The notes under the pieces are model-generated. The model was not told the origin of the DNA. It did not search any database and was given only the letters and a program-made list of their open reading frames with translations. The position numbers and the translations under genes were made by a program. Source: a virus. Taken from it: a stretch of DNA of 64,000 nt. Location: positions 14,289-78,288 of the IMG/VR virus record IMGVR_UViG_3300045303_000172; one strand, given 5' to 3'. Positions 10,381-19,716 of the stretch are shown here, in pieces (positions within the stretch are counted from its first letter, which is position 1; every line of letters begins with the position of its first letter).

Positions 10381-11742
10381 TTAGACGAGAACTGGATAAT
10401 CTGGATTGTACCAGCCGGGAGGACTGCTTTCAGGCTGACCCCAATTAGGACCAGCGTTGATCGGCACTCCAAAATCATCAATCGGAGCCGGATTGTAGCC
10501 GGGCGAGTTGATCGGGTTTCCGTACTCGTCGAAGTTCCACGGATTAAACGGCGGAATAGTCGGTGGCCCGCCTGGAGCGGGTGCGCCCGGTCGGCGTCGA
10601 AGGTTTCCGTATGGGTTGAGCGTCGGCTGATAGGGATTTCCTTGAGGCCTGATCGGCATTGAATTCGGAACCGGCCCACCGGGAGCACCTGAACCGCCCA
10701 TACCTGGGAACGTCACGCCGGGGCTTTGTCCGGCCTGCCCGAGCCCGTAGAAATTGTTGGCAAGCTGCATTTGGGCGATAGGTCCAAGCCCTGCGAGCAT
10801 CTGATTGAACCAATTGGCACCGACCTGCGACGGCAAAAGCTGGCGTTGAATGTCGCCCGTAGTCAATCCTGCCCGCGTCCCGAGATTCGCTTGCTGCCCA
10901 CCGAGAAGCGTCATCAGATCGTTCCGTGCCTGCGTGGCAGCGTCCAATCCTTGCGCCACTTGCAGGCCAGCCGCAGTATCCAACCCTTGTTTCTGGAGGT
11001 AACTGGAACTGCCGACCGTCCCTGCTCCGCCCATGTTCATCTGTTGAATGGCCTGCTGGCGCGAGAGAGCGTCCATTGCCCGGTTCGTCGCGGTTTGGTA
11101 GGCCGCTGCCCGTCGTGCTGCCAAGGATTCCAGTTGGGTCTGGATATCGCTTTTGCCGCCTGCGGTCGTCGGGAACCATTGGCCGACTGCGCCTGTCTCC
11201 TGCGCGAGATACTGTTTGTAGGCTGGATCCGCCGTTTTCATGGCCGCTTGCACGGCGGACGTCGGATTCAAGCCCTGGAGATCGTTATACTGCGCGAGAA
11301 TTTGGTTGATCTGCGCGGCGATCTGCGGGTCTTTCTGGTTCTGGACGGTGAAGAAAGGGTTGAACCCAGCACCGGGAGCCGCCGTAGGATTGTAGCCGCC
11401 CAAGAGTTGCCGACCACCGACACCAGGGAGTGCCAATGGATTCGTGCCTACGCCCGTCGGTGGACTACCAGGTCCATTGGGCCCCATCGCACCCGTCAGT
11501 AGATTCGCATACGGATTAACGCCAGCGGCATTTGGCGCGGTAGGCAGTGAGAACGAGCCCTTGATCCGTCCATCTGGTGTGTAGCCTGGAATACGCGGGT
11601 CGTTGGATACCACACGCCGATTTACTGGGTCCCAAGTCATCCCGTAGATGCTCGGGTTTTGGTCGCCGGTTACGTAGCCGGAACTTCCAGGAAACGCGAC
11701 CGGTGAATAGGGGCTCCAAAAGTTATTGGCTGGTACAGGCAT
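10381..11742 (-). CDS. putative DNA-pilot/ejection protein (P/G/Q/N-rich)
   Basis: Low-complexity termini, helical Q/A core, no cysteine, position after tail genes. Confidence 0.6.
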   Translation of the reverse strand: MPVPANNFWSPYSPVAFPGSSGYVTGDQNPSIYGMTWDPVNRRVVSNDPRIPGYTPDGRIKGSFSLPTAPNAAGVNPYANLLTGAMGPNGPGSPPTGVGTNPLALPGVGGRQLLGGYNPTAAPGAGFNPFFTVQNQKDPQIAAQINQILAQYNDLQGLNPTSAVQAAMKTADPAYKQYLAQETGAVGQWFPTTAGGKSDIQTQLESLAARRAAAYQTATNRAMDALSRQQAIQQMNMGGAGTVGSSSYLQKQGLDTAAGLQVAQGLDAATQARNDLMTLLGGQQANLGTRAGLTTGDIQRQLLPSQVGANWFNQMLAGLGPIAQMQLANNFYGLGQAGQSPGVTFPGMGGSGAPGGPVPNSMPIRPQGNPYQPTLNPYGNLRRRPGAPAPGGPPTIPPFNPWNFDEYGNPINSPGYNPAPIDDFGVPINAGPNWGQPESSPPGWYNPDYPVLV

Positions 11743-11808
11743 AAAACCCGTTACTTTATCGTTGCCGTAGTCCTACGCCAATGCCCGTTTTGAAGCAAGT
11801 AGCGAATT

Positions 11809-12183
11809 CTAAGCCAGATACAGAAGTGTGCGCCAGGGGTTAAGTCCGTCCCCTGCTTTCACGAGGCGCGTGTCTGTCTCCAATCCTAATTCGCCTTCTG
11901 CCAGCACCGGGTTAGCCTCCGTCCATTGAGCCGCTGTCCCGCGCCGAAGCTGGATCTTCGTCTTGCCGAGACTAGCAACGCCACAGTCGATGGGTTGCTG
12001 AACTTGCAGGTTGAGTTCGAGCGCGGTCTGAAAACGCTGCCACCAGTCGGCTAGCGCGGTGTCGATGCGTGTCACGTCATCGCGGGTGACGACGGGGTGC
12101 TGGAGCGCGGCGGAGAACTTCGGAGGCGCTGGAAGTGGAATCGCGCTCCTAAAGTTTGGCTTTATTCTGTTTGGAACTGCCAC
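11809..12183 (-). CDS. small tail protein with C-terminal Mtd_N (major tropism determinant N-terminal-like) domain
   Basis: KIQLRRGTAAQWTEANPVLAEGELGLETDTRLVKAGDGLNPW; GTG start at 12183 inferred. Confidence 0.75.
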   Translation of the reverse strand: MAVPNRIKPNFRSAIPLPAPPKFSAALQHPVVTRDDVTRIDTALADWWQRFQTALELNLQVQQPIDCGVASLGKTKIQLRRGTAAQWTEANPVLAEGELGLETDTRLVKAGDGLNPWRTLLYLA

Positions 12184-12309
12184 GCTTTTTCCTTTTTCGG
12201 TTTGCAGACAAGTCCCGGATGCTGCCCAATCTCCAAATGCCAGCACCACCGGGAGGAAATCCACCGATTGATTCGTGTGAACACTTTATCGGTTTTGGGA
12301 TTATGAATT

Positions 12310-14457
12310 TCATGACGTGCTGCTTCTGAGCATTTGCCTAACCTCAGCCGTCAGGCGCGAGAAACAAACCGCGCCGTTTAAGCCTTCGATTCGCATTTCA
12401 AAATAAAAATATCTACCAGTGTAGAGGAACGTCCAGTTCATCGTCTTGTTCGGCCTCGTGCCCTCCTGCACCTGATCGTATCCCGAGCGATCATTGAGGC
12501 ATTGCAGCGTCTTCGGCTTGAGCGGTCTCCACACCAGGGCGCAGCGCCCCGAAGCATCGTTGTTCGAGTCCACCGCGACGGACGAGTAACCAAGGCTCAT
12601 TTGGAGTGCGGAGGGAATGACCTGGATAATGTCCGGCACTTCGTATTCAAGTTCGAGCGCACGCTGGTTCTTGTCCTCGCGCGGGAGCCCGTAGTCCTGT
12701 GCCCCGGTGCGTAGGATCGTCTCGTAACCATCCCGTCGCCACTGACCACAAGGCGTGGTCACGAGAGCTACCTCGTGGTAATAGGCACCGCCGACGGCAG
12801 AATACTCCTTCAGGCACCAATCGAGCGACGACGCCATGACGAGCAACCCGGCTTGCGCGCATTCCTGACACAGATCCTCGATCGTCAGATCGCCCAGCAA
12901 GGAACAGAGCGAAACTGCATCAGGCCTCGGCTGCGTGTAATCCTCGATCAATCGCCCGTCCAGGTCCAAGGAGTTGTTCGTCCAGATCGGGATATTGCGA
13001 TTGGGCAGCACCGGAGGGTTCACCGGGGCCTCGGCAGGATCACAGAAACCGCCCTGTTTCACGTTGAGCGTTATCAGGTCCGCATTGGCGGCGAGCTCGG
13101 CTGGAGTGCAAAGCCCGCGGGAGAGCAGGAAGTCCAGAAGCGTCCCACGGTCGTCCGGCGCGTGATTTGTGTAAGCAGAGAACCCAGCATCGATGAAATC
13201 GCTGGTTTCGTAGAGCGTGTTCAGGACGAGCGTGCGCGAAGGAAGTGACTCGCCAACCTGCACCCAGCTCAACCAGTATTCCTTGGTCGCCGGGTAGAAC
13301 GTGGCTACGTGCCGGTCGCACGCGAGTTCGTCGATGGTGCCGAAAACCTGTGATGTCGCCCGGTGCATCCATTCAACGCGGTCGGGGCGCGGCAGGAAGA
13401 GGTTATAAGTGTAGATGCCGTCCCGCCCAAGGTAGAGATGGTCTTTGCCGGTGGATACGAGCGTATTACGGTAAGCAATACAGCCCTCCCCATTCTCAGG
13501 CTCCGAGTAACGCTGGGTGAAGTTGAACACCTGATCGCCACCAACAGATTCACACATCCAAATGCCAGTGGTTGTGTAAATCAGGAGCACGTCCTGGATG
13601 GGGGCCATGCCGAGAATGCGGCCACCGTAAGGAAGATTCTCAAAGCCAGCCGTCCCGTTCCCGCCTTCAAGTCCAGGCGTGAAGTTGAGTGGCAGCTTGA
13701 ACCGGGACCAGACCACGCGGTATTCGATGCGTTCCCCGTCCATCTCCACGTCGGCTAGGAAGATCGTGCCTTTCCAAGACACAACCACCGCTGCCTTGGT
13801 GAGTCCGATGCCGTTCAGGGATTCGATGGGTAGAACGGCTTGCATGGCGCACCCTTGGATGGCTGAGTCCAGGGTGTAGGCGAGCACCGGGTCGTAGTTG
13901 TTCGTGAGAACCACCACGTCGTTGACCTGATCCGCCTTCCAGCGTCGATGGAGCCCGTCACCCGGTTCACCACCGTAGGCGTCGGAAATGATCTGCCAGT
14001 TGCCCGCGCCTTCATCGAGCGCGTAAATGCGGTTTTGTGTGCCCGCCAGAAGGTGCCGGACACCCGTCGTGCTGATTGCCTCGAAAAGAAAAGTGACTGG
14101 TTGGCGTCCAATCGTGCGGATTTGTTGCGAGCCTGAGCAGAACGGACGGCCAGAAGCATCATTGCCAGGAGGGTAAATCGTGATGTCGGATTGCGGAGCA
14201 TAAGGCACCTGCTGATTGGCATAGAACGTCTGGAGGCTGAGGAGCTGGTCGTGGAGGTCTTCGTTGTTGTAGATCGGTCGTAGATGCCGGTAACGAGCCC
14301 AGCCGGGCCGACGGCAGGCTTTGCCTTGGTCAACCACCATGACGTTCTGACGAAAGCGCCAGGCGCCAGCAGGAACAGCGTCAGGGGTCGAGCGCGTGTC
14401 CATCGGGCCGCTGAGCGGCTGGATGTTGACGGCTTGGTATTGGGCTGGCTGCGGCAT
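12310..14457 (-). CDS. tail tubular/nozzle protein (P22 gp10 / T7 gp12-like beta-propeller)
   Basis: 715 aa, beta-rich; RVVWS, GCIAYRNTLV, YLGRDGIY, KEYW, GRYFYFEMR motifs; position before the ejection genes. Confidence 0.7.
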   Translation of the reverse strand: MPQPAQYQAVNIQPLSGPMDTRSTPDAVPAGAWRFRQNVMVVDQGKACRRPGWARYRHLRPIYNNEDLHDQLLSLQTFYANQQVPYAPQSDITIYPPGNDASGRPFCSGSQQIRTIGRQPVTFLFEAISTTGVRHLLAGTQNRIYALDEGAGNWQIISDAYGGEPGDGLHRRWKADQVNDVVVLTNNYDPVLAYTLDSAIQGCAMQAVLPIESLNGIGLTKAAVVVSWKGTIFLADVEMDGERIEYRVVWSRFKLPLNFTPGLEGGNGTAGFENLPYGGRILGMAPIQDVLLIYTTTGIWMCESVGGDQVFNFTQRYSEPENGEGCIAYRNTLVSTGKDHLYLGRDGIYTYNLFLPRPDRVEWMHRATSQVFGTIDELACDRHVATFYPATKEYWLSWVQVGESLPSRTLVLNTLYETSDFIDAGFSAYTNHAPDDRGTLLDFLLSRGLCTPAELAANADLITLNVKQGGFCDPAEAPVNPPVLPNRNIPIWTNNSLDLDGRLIEDYTQPRPDAVSLCSLLGDLTIEDLCQECAQAGLLVMASSLDWCLKEYSAVGGAYYHEVALVTTPCGQWRRDGYETILRTGAQDYGLPREDKNQRALELEYEVPDIIQVIPSALQMSLGYSSVAVDSNNDASGRCALVWRPLKPKTLQCLNDRSGYDQVQEGTRPNKTMNWTFLYTGRYFYFEMRIEGLNGAVCFSRLTAEVRQMLRSSTS

Positions 14458-14458
14458 T

Positions 14459-14803
14459 TTAAATCCCGTCGTTGTCTCCCCAGATCAAGAACCCGACATG
14501 CCTCTGGAGCCACTCCATGAGCGGAGTTGCCTTTGGATCAAATCCATTAACGAGGGCGATTGTCGATGCCGCGCAAATTTGCGGCTTCCAAACGAAGAGG
14601 TGACTTTTCCATTCATTGATTCCTGGTCCGTCCTCGTAATGGTCATCCCCACCTGAACGCTCAAGCCTGCGCATCTCGCGTTCGACTGTTTGAGCTGTCT
14701 CACCCGGTGTCTCGAAGAGATCGTTAGCACGGTAATTGGCCCATGATTCAACTTCCATGCCGGAAAGCTCCTTCGTGGCGTAAAGATGGAGATGCTGGCC
14801 CAT
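14459..14803 (-). CDS. hypothetical protein
   Basis: ORF abutting neighbours on the operon strand. Confidence 0.55.
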   Translation of the reverse strand: MGQHLHLYATKELSGMEVESWANYRANDLFETPGETAQTVEREMRRLERSGGDDHYEDGPGINEWKSHLFVWKPQICAASTIALVNGFDPKATPLMEWLQRHVGFLIWGDNDGI

Positions 14804-15169
14804 TTATCTCCAAGGGCTTTCGTCACCCAGTTGCGGGAGTAACTCGATGGCGGATTTATAGAGCCATTCCATCAACCTGCAATGTCTCTGCCATGATTCC
14901 GCCCCGCACAGATGGAGGTATCCTTCTTCGCCGAAATTAACATGCGAGCAACCGTCCCATTTGATCGTTGCGCTCAGGTAAATCTCGCCAGGACCACTGT
15001 CGGGATGGTCAAACAGTGGCTTGGCCTTGTCGCCCTCTTCATAGCCGACGATTTCACGGACGGAGAACTCTACCCAATGGCTCGCCAGTTCCTCGACGGT
15101 AGCTCGAAACTGCGGGAACCCATCCGGGTCGCACAGATCAAGAGTCTTCTTTTCGGTTGCAGCTTCCAT
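14804..15169 (-). CDS. hypothetical phage protein
   Basis: TAATG coupling to the upstream gene; IKWDGCSH motif. Confidence 0.6.
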   Translation of the reverse strand: MEAATEKKTLDLCDPDGFPQFRATVEELASHWVEFSVREIVGYEEGDKAKPLFDHPDSGPGEIYLSATIKWDGCSHVNFGEEGYLHLCGAESWQRHCRLMEWLYKSAIELLPQLGDESPWR

Positions 15170-16269
15170 TACGCGACAGGAGTGATCTTCAACGTGCCAC
15201 CCGCACCCGCTGTGCCGGTGCCGTTCCAAGCGCCGTTACCGCCTTGATTCCCGCCGCCTGTGTTCTGAGCGCCACCCGTGCCGCCCGTTCCAGGAGGACT
15301 GACGACGTTGCCCTGGGTCCCACCTGTTCCAGCGGTCCCCGGCGTCTGCGTGTCCAATGTGCCGCCTGTTTGGAAGCCGCCAGTGCCCCCTGCTCCACCA
15401 GCGCCGTTTTTGGCCCCGGTCGATCCGGCAGTCCCGCCTCCGCCGCCGTTGGCAATCGTCAGGATCGTGGAAATGCGCTTCACAAGGCTCGGTCCACCAT
15501 CCACGCCGTTCTGCGCTTTGCCGCCGCTCAGGTTTCCGGCTGCACCGCCACCGTCCACGAAGACCGAAAGCGTCTCGCCGGGTGTCACAGGGATGAGAGT
15601 GGCCTTGAGGTATTCACCAGAGCCTCCACCACCACCACCGTAAAAGTCCGCGCCAGCAGGACAGAATGAGCAAGCACTTGAACCGCCACCAGCGCCAGCG
15701 CCCCACGCTTCGACCGTGATCGTCGCGGCCCCGGCTGGAACGATGTAGCTGCCATTGCCGTGGAAGGTGATTTCGACGAGTCCGCCGCCACCGCCAGTAT
15801 CGCGGTAACCGCTGTCTCCAGTAGAGAATCCGCTGGAATCGGTCGCAGTCTTGGCTTTGAGGAAATACCAGTAAACCTGCCCGTCCACCGCCGTCGCGTC
15901 GTCGTAGGTCGTGACCGGTGCCGTGGTTGTGCCGAGCAACGTCGCTGAGGAAGAGTCGTTCGTTGCCCCGCGATAGACTTCGTAGAATGTCGCTCCGCCC
16001 ACCGGATTCCAAACAATGTGAACGTGATCCGTAAACGTTCCGTCGCTGGCTGAAACGCCGCCAGGTGGAGTAAGCTGGCCGACGGTCACGCCGATCGCCG
16101 TTTTGAAGTCGTCCGACACAGTGCCGTCCGCGTTGAACGCCCAGCTATACCACTTGTAGAAAAGAACCGGGAACTCAACAAGAGCCGACAGTAACTTTTG
16201 GCAAATGTTGCTGTTGCTCGCCGGGATTACTGCTTTGAATTGGTCCGGGGTTACGGGGTTGCTAGGCAT
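15169..16269 (-). CDS. tail fibre/appendage protein: fibronectin-III-like plus glycine-rich domain
   Basis: PPGGVSASDG...WNPVGGATFYEVYR...YWYFLKA (FN3-like), then VEAWGAGAGGG...GGGGGSGEY Gly-rich domain. Confidence 0.75.
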   Translation of the reverse strand: MPSNPVTPDQFKAVIPASNSNICQKLLSALVEFPVLFYKWYSWAFNADGTVSDDFKTAIGVTVGQLTPPGGVSASDGTFTDHVHIVWNPVGGATFYEVYRGATNDSSSATLLGTTTAPVTTYDDATAVDGQVYWYFLKAKTATDSSGFSTGDSGYRDTGGGGGLVEITFHGNGSYIVPAGAATITVEAWGAGAGGGSSACSFCPAGADFYGGGGGGSGEYLKATLIPVTPGETLSVFVDGGGAAGNLSGGKAQNGVDGGPSLVKRISTILTIANGGGGGTAGSTGAKNGAGGAGGTGGFQTGGTLDTQTPGTAGTGGTQGNVVSPPGTGGTGGAQNTGGGNQGGNGAWNGTGTAGAGGTLKITPVA

Positions 16270-16328
16270 ACTCGCGTTTTGCGCGACACTAAGCCCGAGG
16301 CTGTTGAGAGGCAATCACCAAAGCGGCG

Positions 16329-16832
16329 TCACTTCCTCTGCGGGCCGAATCGTAGAAACATCGCCGCTTTCTCCAATCCCTTGTGATCTTCCATCTGCAC
16401 CAGCGTTTTGTTTTGGATGCTCGCCAGCGTGCCGAACTGGATGCCCTCTCCAAATGCTTGCATCAGCGCTTGGCGGATGTAGGGCAGCGCCATGACGGCG
16501 TTGGTGTCCGTTGGTTTCAACATCTCAGGAGGCAGCTTCACCCAGCCATTTGATAAAGCTCCACTGGCCTTGAACCATTTATTTGTCCCCTCCTCCACAA
16601 TCGCGCCAGGATCGGCAGATATTACGCCTTCTGGACTTTTGGCAACGCTCAGGAGTTTGATTGGTCCACGCGTCGATGAACCCGGCATGAGCGACGGGCT
16701 CTCGGCGTCCAGTGCGGCTGGCAGGGATGCGATAGCGACTTTGTTCGTGTCGCCCCTTCCGAGTTGGGCAGCGATGGGCGCGAGGATAATTCCGAGGCAG
16801 GCAGCGAGAGCTAGGGTGTGTGCGGTTTTCAT
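16329..16832 (-). CDS. signal-peptide/TM-bearing protein with SPEGV tailspike-type motif
   Basis: MKTAHTLALAACLGIILAPIAA hydrophobic N-terminus; SPEGVISADPG...KASG...GW. Confidence 0.6.
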   Translation of the reverse strand: MKTAHTLALAACLGIILAPIAAQLGRGDTNKVAIASLPAALDAESPSLMPGSSTRGPIKLLSVAKSPEGVISADPGAIVEEGTNKWFKASGALSNGWVKLPPEMLKPTDTNAVMALPYIRQALMQAFGEGIQFGTLASIQNKTLVQMEDHKGLEKAAMFLRFGPQRK

Positions 16833-16848
16833 GGGTGATCTTTGAGTT

Positions 16849-17508
16849 TTAACTTTGATAATGTGTAGCGAGTAATTCCTTAATCGCCTCTGATTTCGAC
16901 TTTTCCTTATGAAAGTTCGTCATCGCGTCCAGTGAACCATTGGAGTAATGCGCCAGCGGCACCGTGCCGAAGTTGGGAAACCCGTAGGTGATGCACAGGA
17001 CGGCAATGCGGTAGAGGGTCGGCTGGCGCTTCCGAAGAACGCGCATGTCGCAGAGGTGTGGTTGCCCCTGCCACTCGTCATCAGGCTCGGGCACGTAGGC
17101 AAGAATCGTATCAACGATCTTGGAGAAGTCCTCGCGTCGGCCGGCGATGAAGCCGGGGCCACCCGCGCCGTCACCGGACACCGGGAGGGCGCCGAAGTCC
17201 CTCGGCGGAAAACGACGAATCGGGAACACGTCGAAATCGGCCACAACTGCCGGTTCTTCCACCTGCGAGAAAGCGAGCCACCGCTCGAAGTTGACTGCTT
17301 CAAACCCACGTGAGCCGTGAACACACGGAAAGGACTCAATTTTCTGCTTCATCGCTTCCCAGCGCGGGTCTTTCATGGCGTCGGCTTGGCCGAGGATAGC
17401 AGGCTCCCAGCCTTCCAGCCGCCAGCGTTCTTTCCATAGCTCAGCTACAGCAGCTTGTGCCGTCCAGCCGATGTCCACGAAATAGGAGTAGATGCGGTTG
17501 ACGATCAT
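16849..17508 (-). CDS. putative GT-A fold glycosyltransferase
   Basis: FERWLAF...VADFDVFP DxD motif; C-terminal His; cluster context. Confidence 0.6.
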   Translation of the reverse strand: MIVNRIYSYFVDIGWTAQAAVAELWKERWRLEGWEPAILGQADAMKDPRWEAMKQKIESFPCVHGSRGFEAVNFERWLAFSQVEEPAVVADFDVFPIRRFPPRDFGALPVSGDGAGGPGFIAGRREDFSKIVDTILAYVPEPDDEWQGQPHLCDMRVLRKRQPTLYRIAVLCITYGFPNFGTVPLAHYSNGSLDAMTNFHKEKSKSEAIKELLATHYQS

Positions 17509-18155
17509 CGCGTGATCAGGTCCAGCGTTTGTTTGTCCTTCACCCCATGAAAAGCTGTCGTGCCGCGTTTGATGGCGGCTTCCAACTCCGGGTAATCGGC
17601 TTCCGTTATGGTGCCGCGGCTAAAGCCAGGTGGCTGATAAGGGATTATGGGCACCCGCGCAAGTTTGGCGATAGCAGCCAGCCAGCGGTCGGCGTGGCCT
17701 TCCTCGGTCACTTCCCGGTAAGCGGAAGCTGTATCGTTCATTCGCACCAGAGAAGCATGGTCGATCAGCCATGGCGGATTGGGATAAACCTCAGCCGAGA
17801 ACCGTTTCGGCTCTTTGTTTTCAAACAGGATGCCCGCGAGCCCGTTACCTGAGACTGTTGGCCCTGAGGTCAGAAAGGAGTCATACTCAAAGATCAGGTG
17901 ATACCTGACCTGTTTGGCGAGCGAAAGGTGTTTCAGTAGCCAGCGCAGCCGCTTGAGTGATTCCAGGCCCGAATGACTGGCCTTTCCAATGCGGGCATCC
18001 GTCCAGATGGGATACCTCAATAGAAGCGGGTCGTCCTCGGGCGACAGTGTGATCCAATGCCCCTTGGATACTACAAGCGATTCCCAGAGCGCAATATGCC
18101 GGTTGAACGTTTCCCGGACCGCGCCGTGACCAATAATGGTGAGCGTCATTCTCAT
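17505..18155 (-). CDS. putative glycosyltransferase (fringe/galactosyltransferase-like)
   Basis: LIFEYDSF (ExD), HADRWL, AFHGVK motifs; cluster context. Confidence 0.55.
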   Translation of the reverse strand: MRMTLTIIGHGAVRETFNRHIALWESLVVSKGHWITLSPEDDPLLLRYPIWTDARIGKASHSGLESLKRLRWLLKHLSLAKQVRYHLIFEYDSFLTSGPTVSGNGLAGILFENKEPKRFSAEVYPNPPWLIDHASLVRMNDTASAYREVTEEGHADRWLAAIAKLARVPIIPYQPPGFSRGTITEADYPELEAAIKRGTTAFHGVKDKQTLDLITR

Positions 18156-18760
18156 GGCAGCGCGTATCCAACGTTCTCCGCGTCACCCCAAACCAGCCCG
18201 TAACCTCGAGATTGCAGGCATCGTTCGATTCTGTCGGAGCCATCTTCCTTGTTCACTTCGGCCACGATCAGCGTCGGGCACATGTTGGTTGGCATCGACT
18301 CCACGATGAGCGAGTCAAGCCCTTCGGTGTCGATCTTGAGCAGGTCGAAGCGGTCAGGCAGGCCGAGTGACCCAATGCGGACCCCGTTCACGGTCTTCGC
18401 GGTGAAATTGCTGAATCCGTGCCTTTTGACCCAGCGCAAATCCATCGAACTCCAGGTTGGCGCGGGTTTGATTTCGTAGAACGTGACAGGACCATCCTTT
18501 TCGCACACAGCCGACTCCACCAGCCTCAGTCTGGGCGGGTTTATGCCGTAGTTCTCGACCAACTCAGCGAACGCCCGCGAGTCCGCTTCCACCATGAAGC
18601 CGGACCAACCGCTCAGCCACAGTGCCCGCGTGTTGCTGGCGTCGAAACCGTTCAATGCGCCGATGTCCACGAAGAAGCCGTCGGTCTTGCCCTTGAAGAA
18701 CGCGAGGATTTGAGCCTCACAATCGGCCGGCCACTGAGATTTTGAAGCGGCGGTTAGCAT
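18152..18760 (-). CDS. FkbM-family SAM-dependent methyltransferase
   Basis: GFFVDIGALNGFDASNT...WSGFMVEA...DLLKIDTEG; ATG at 18760. Confidence 0.9.
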   Translation of the reverse strand: MLTAASKSQWPADCEAQILAFFKGKTDGFFVDIGALNGFDASNTRALWLSGWSGFMVEADSRAFAELVENYGINPPRLRLVESAVCEKDGPVTFYEIKPAPTWSSMDLRWVKRHGFSNFTAKTVNGVRIGSLGLPDRFDLLKIDTEGLDSLIVESMPTNMCPTLIVAEVNKEDGSDRIERCLQSRGYGLVWGDAENVGYALP

Positions 18761-19716
18761 TTGATGAGCGGCACGACTCCAACCTTTGAAGCTTTGTCCA
18801 CCATGGCTTCGTCCCTCACCCAATCGAAAAAGTTCCTCAGTCTGGTCGGGAAGAACTTGTTTTCCTGGAGTCCTTTCCAGCCCTCGACGGCGTTCTTGTA
18901 TCCATAGTAGTCCCTTTTGAACGCAGCCTGCTTCTCCGTCGCGTAAGCAAAATGCTGGAACCGGCCAATGAGGTCCGTCTCCGCGTGCGTGAAAGGCCGC
19001 ATCTTGGCGAGGTCCATGCCATTGCGAGCGAGAACAGGGGGCTCGTGGCTCACCCAATGGTCGCCGGGTTGGTAATTCCACACCCGTAGCCACTCGTAGC
19101 CGAGATTGTTCCCATAGGTGTTCAGCGAAGTGGTGACGATGTCAGGCCCGACGAAATACCAGCATTTGAAGTAAGCAGCCGTCCGAGTTGGGTAAGCGAG
19201 GAACATCTGTCGGACGGCAGTGATCTGCTCAGGAGTCCAGCACTCATCATTATCAACCTCGAATAAAAGGCACGGCTCGTTGATCCATTTCAACGGTTCG
19301 CGGACCATCTCTATCTTTCCGTCCCACTTCTTCCCGCAGCACTTTGAGGAAACGCGCACACGCCCATTCTCGCCATGCAGTCCTTGAATGCCAGCGATGT
19401 AGCGCATTGTGCCGTCGTCAGCGCCAGGGATGGGTGCTCTGCCGCCAGCAGGAACGCTCCAGGCTGTATCGTGCTTGAGGTCGGCTATGCCTTCAATTAT
19501 GTGCCACGTCCAGCGGAACGGTAATCGCTTAAAAACTTCCAAATGATGCGTGATGAAAGGCATCCCATTCCGCACGATCGTAAAAAAGACAACCGGCAGT
19601 TTCTCCATGGCGTAAAAAGTCTCGGGTGGAAGTTTCGCAAAAGCATCTCGATATTCCTTGGACGTGATGCGCTTTGACCCGTTTTCTAGGATTTCAGTCT
19701 CAATGCCGGTGTTCAC
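18754..19716 (-). CDS. GT2-like glycosyltransferase
   Basis: FTIVRNGMPFI...IIEG...DDGT...EVDNDECW. Confidence 0.8.
   Translation of the reverse strand: MNTGIETEILENGSKRITSKEYRDAFAKLPPETFYAMEKLPVVFFTIVRNGMPFITHHLEVFKRLPFRWTWHIIEGIADLKHDTAWSVPAGGRAPIPGADDGTMRYIAGIQGLHGENGRVRVSSKCCGKKWDGKIEMVREPLKWINEPCLLFEVDNDECWTPEQITAVRQMFLAYPTRTAAYFKCWYFVGPDIVTTSLNTYGNNLGYEWLRVWNYQPGDHWVSHEPPVLARNGMDLAKMRPFTHAETDLIGRFQHFAYATEKQAAFKRDYYGYKNAVEGWKGLQENKFFPTRLRNFFDWVRDEAMVDKASKVGVVPLIKC

Noticed and set aside
11809-12183. Mtd_N domain as evidence of a diversity-generating retroelement
   Set aside because: Only the structural N-terminal module is present; no C-type lectin domain, RT or adenine-mismatch repeat seen
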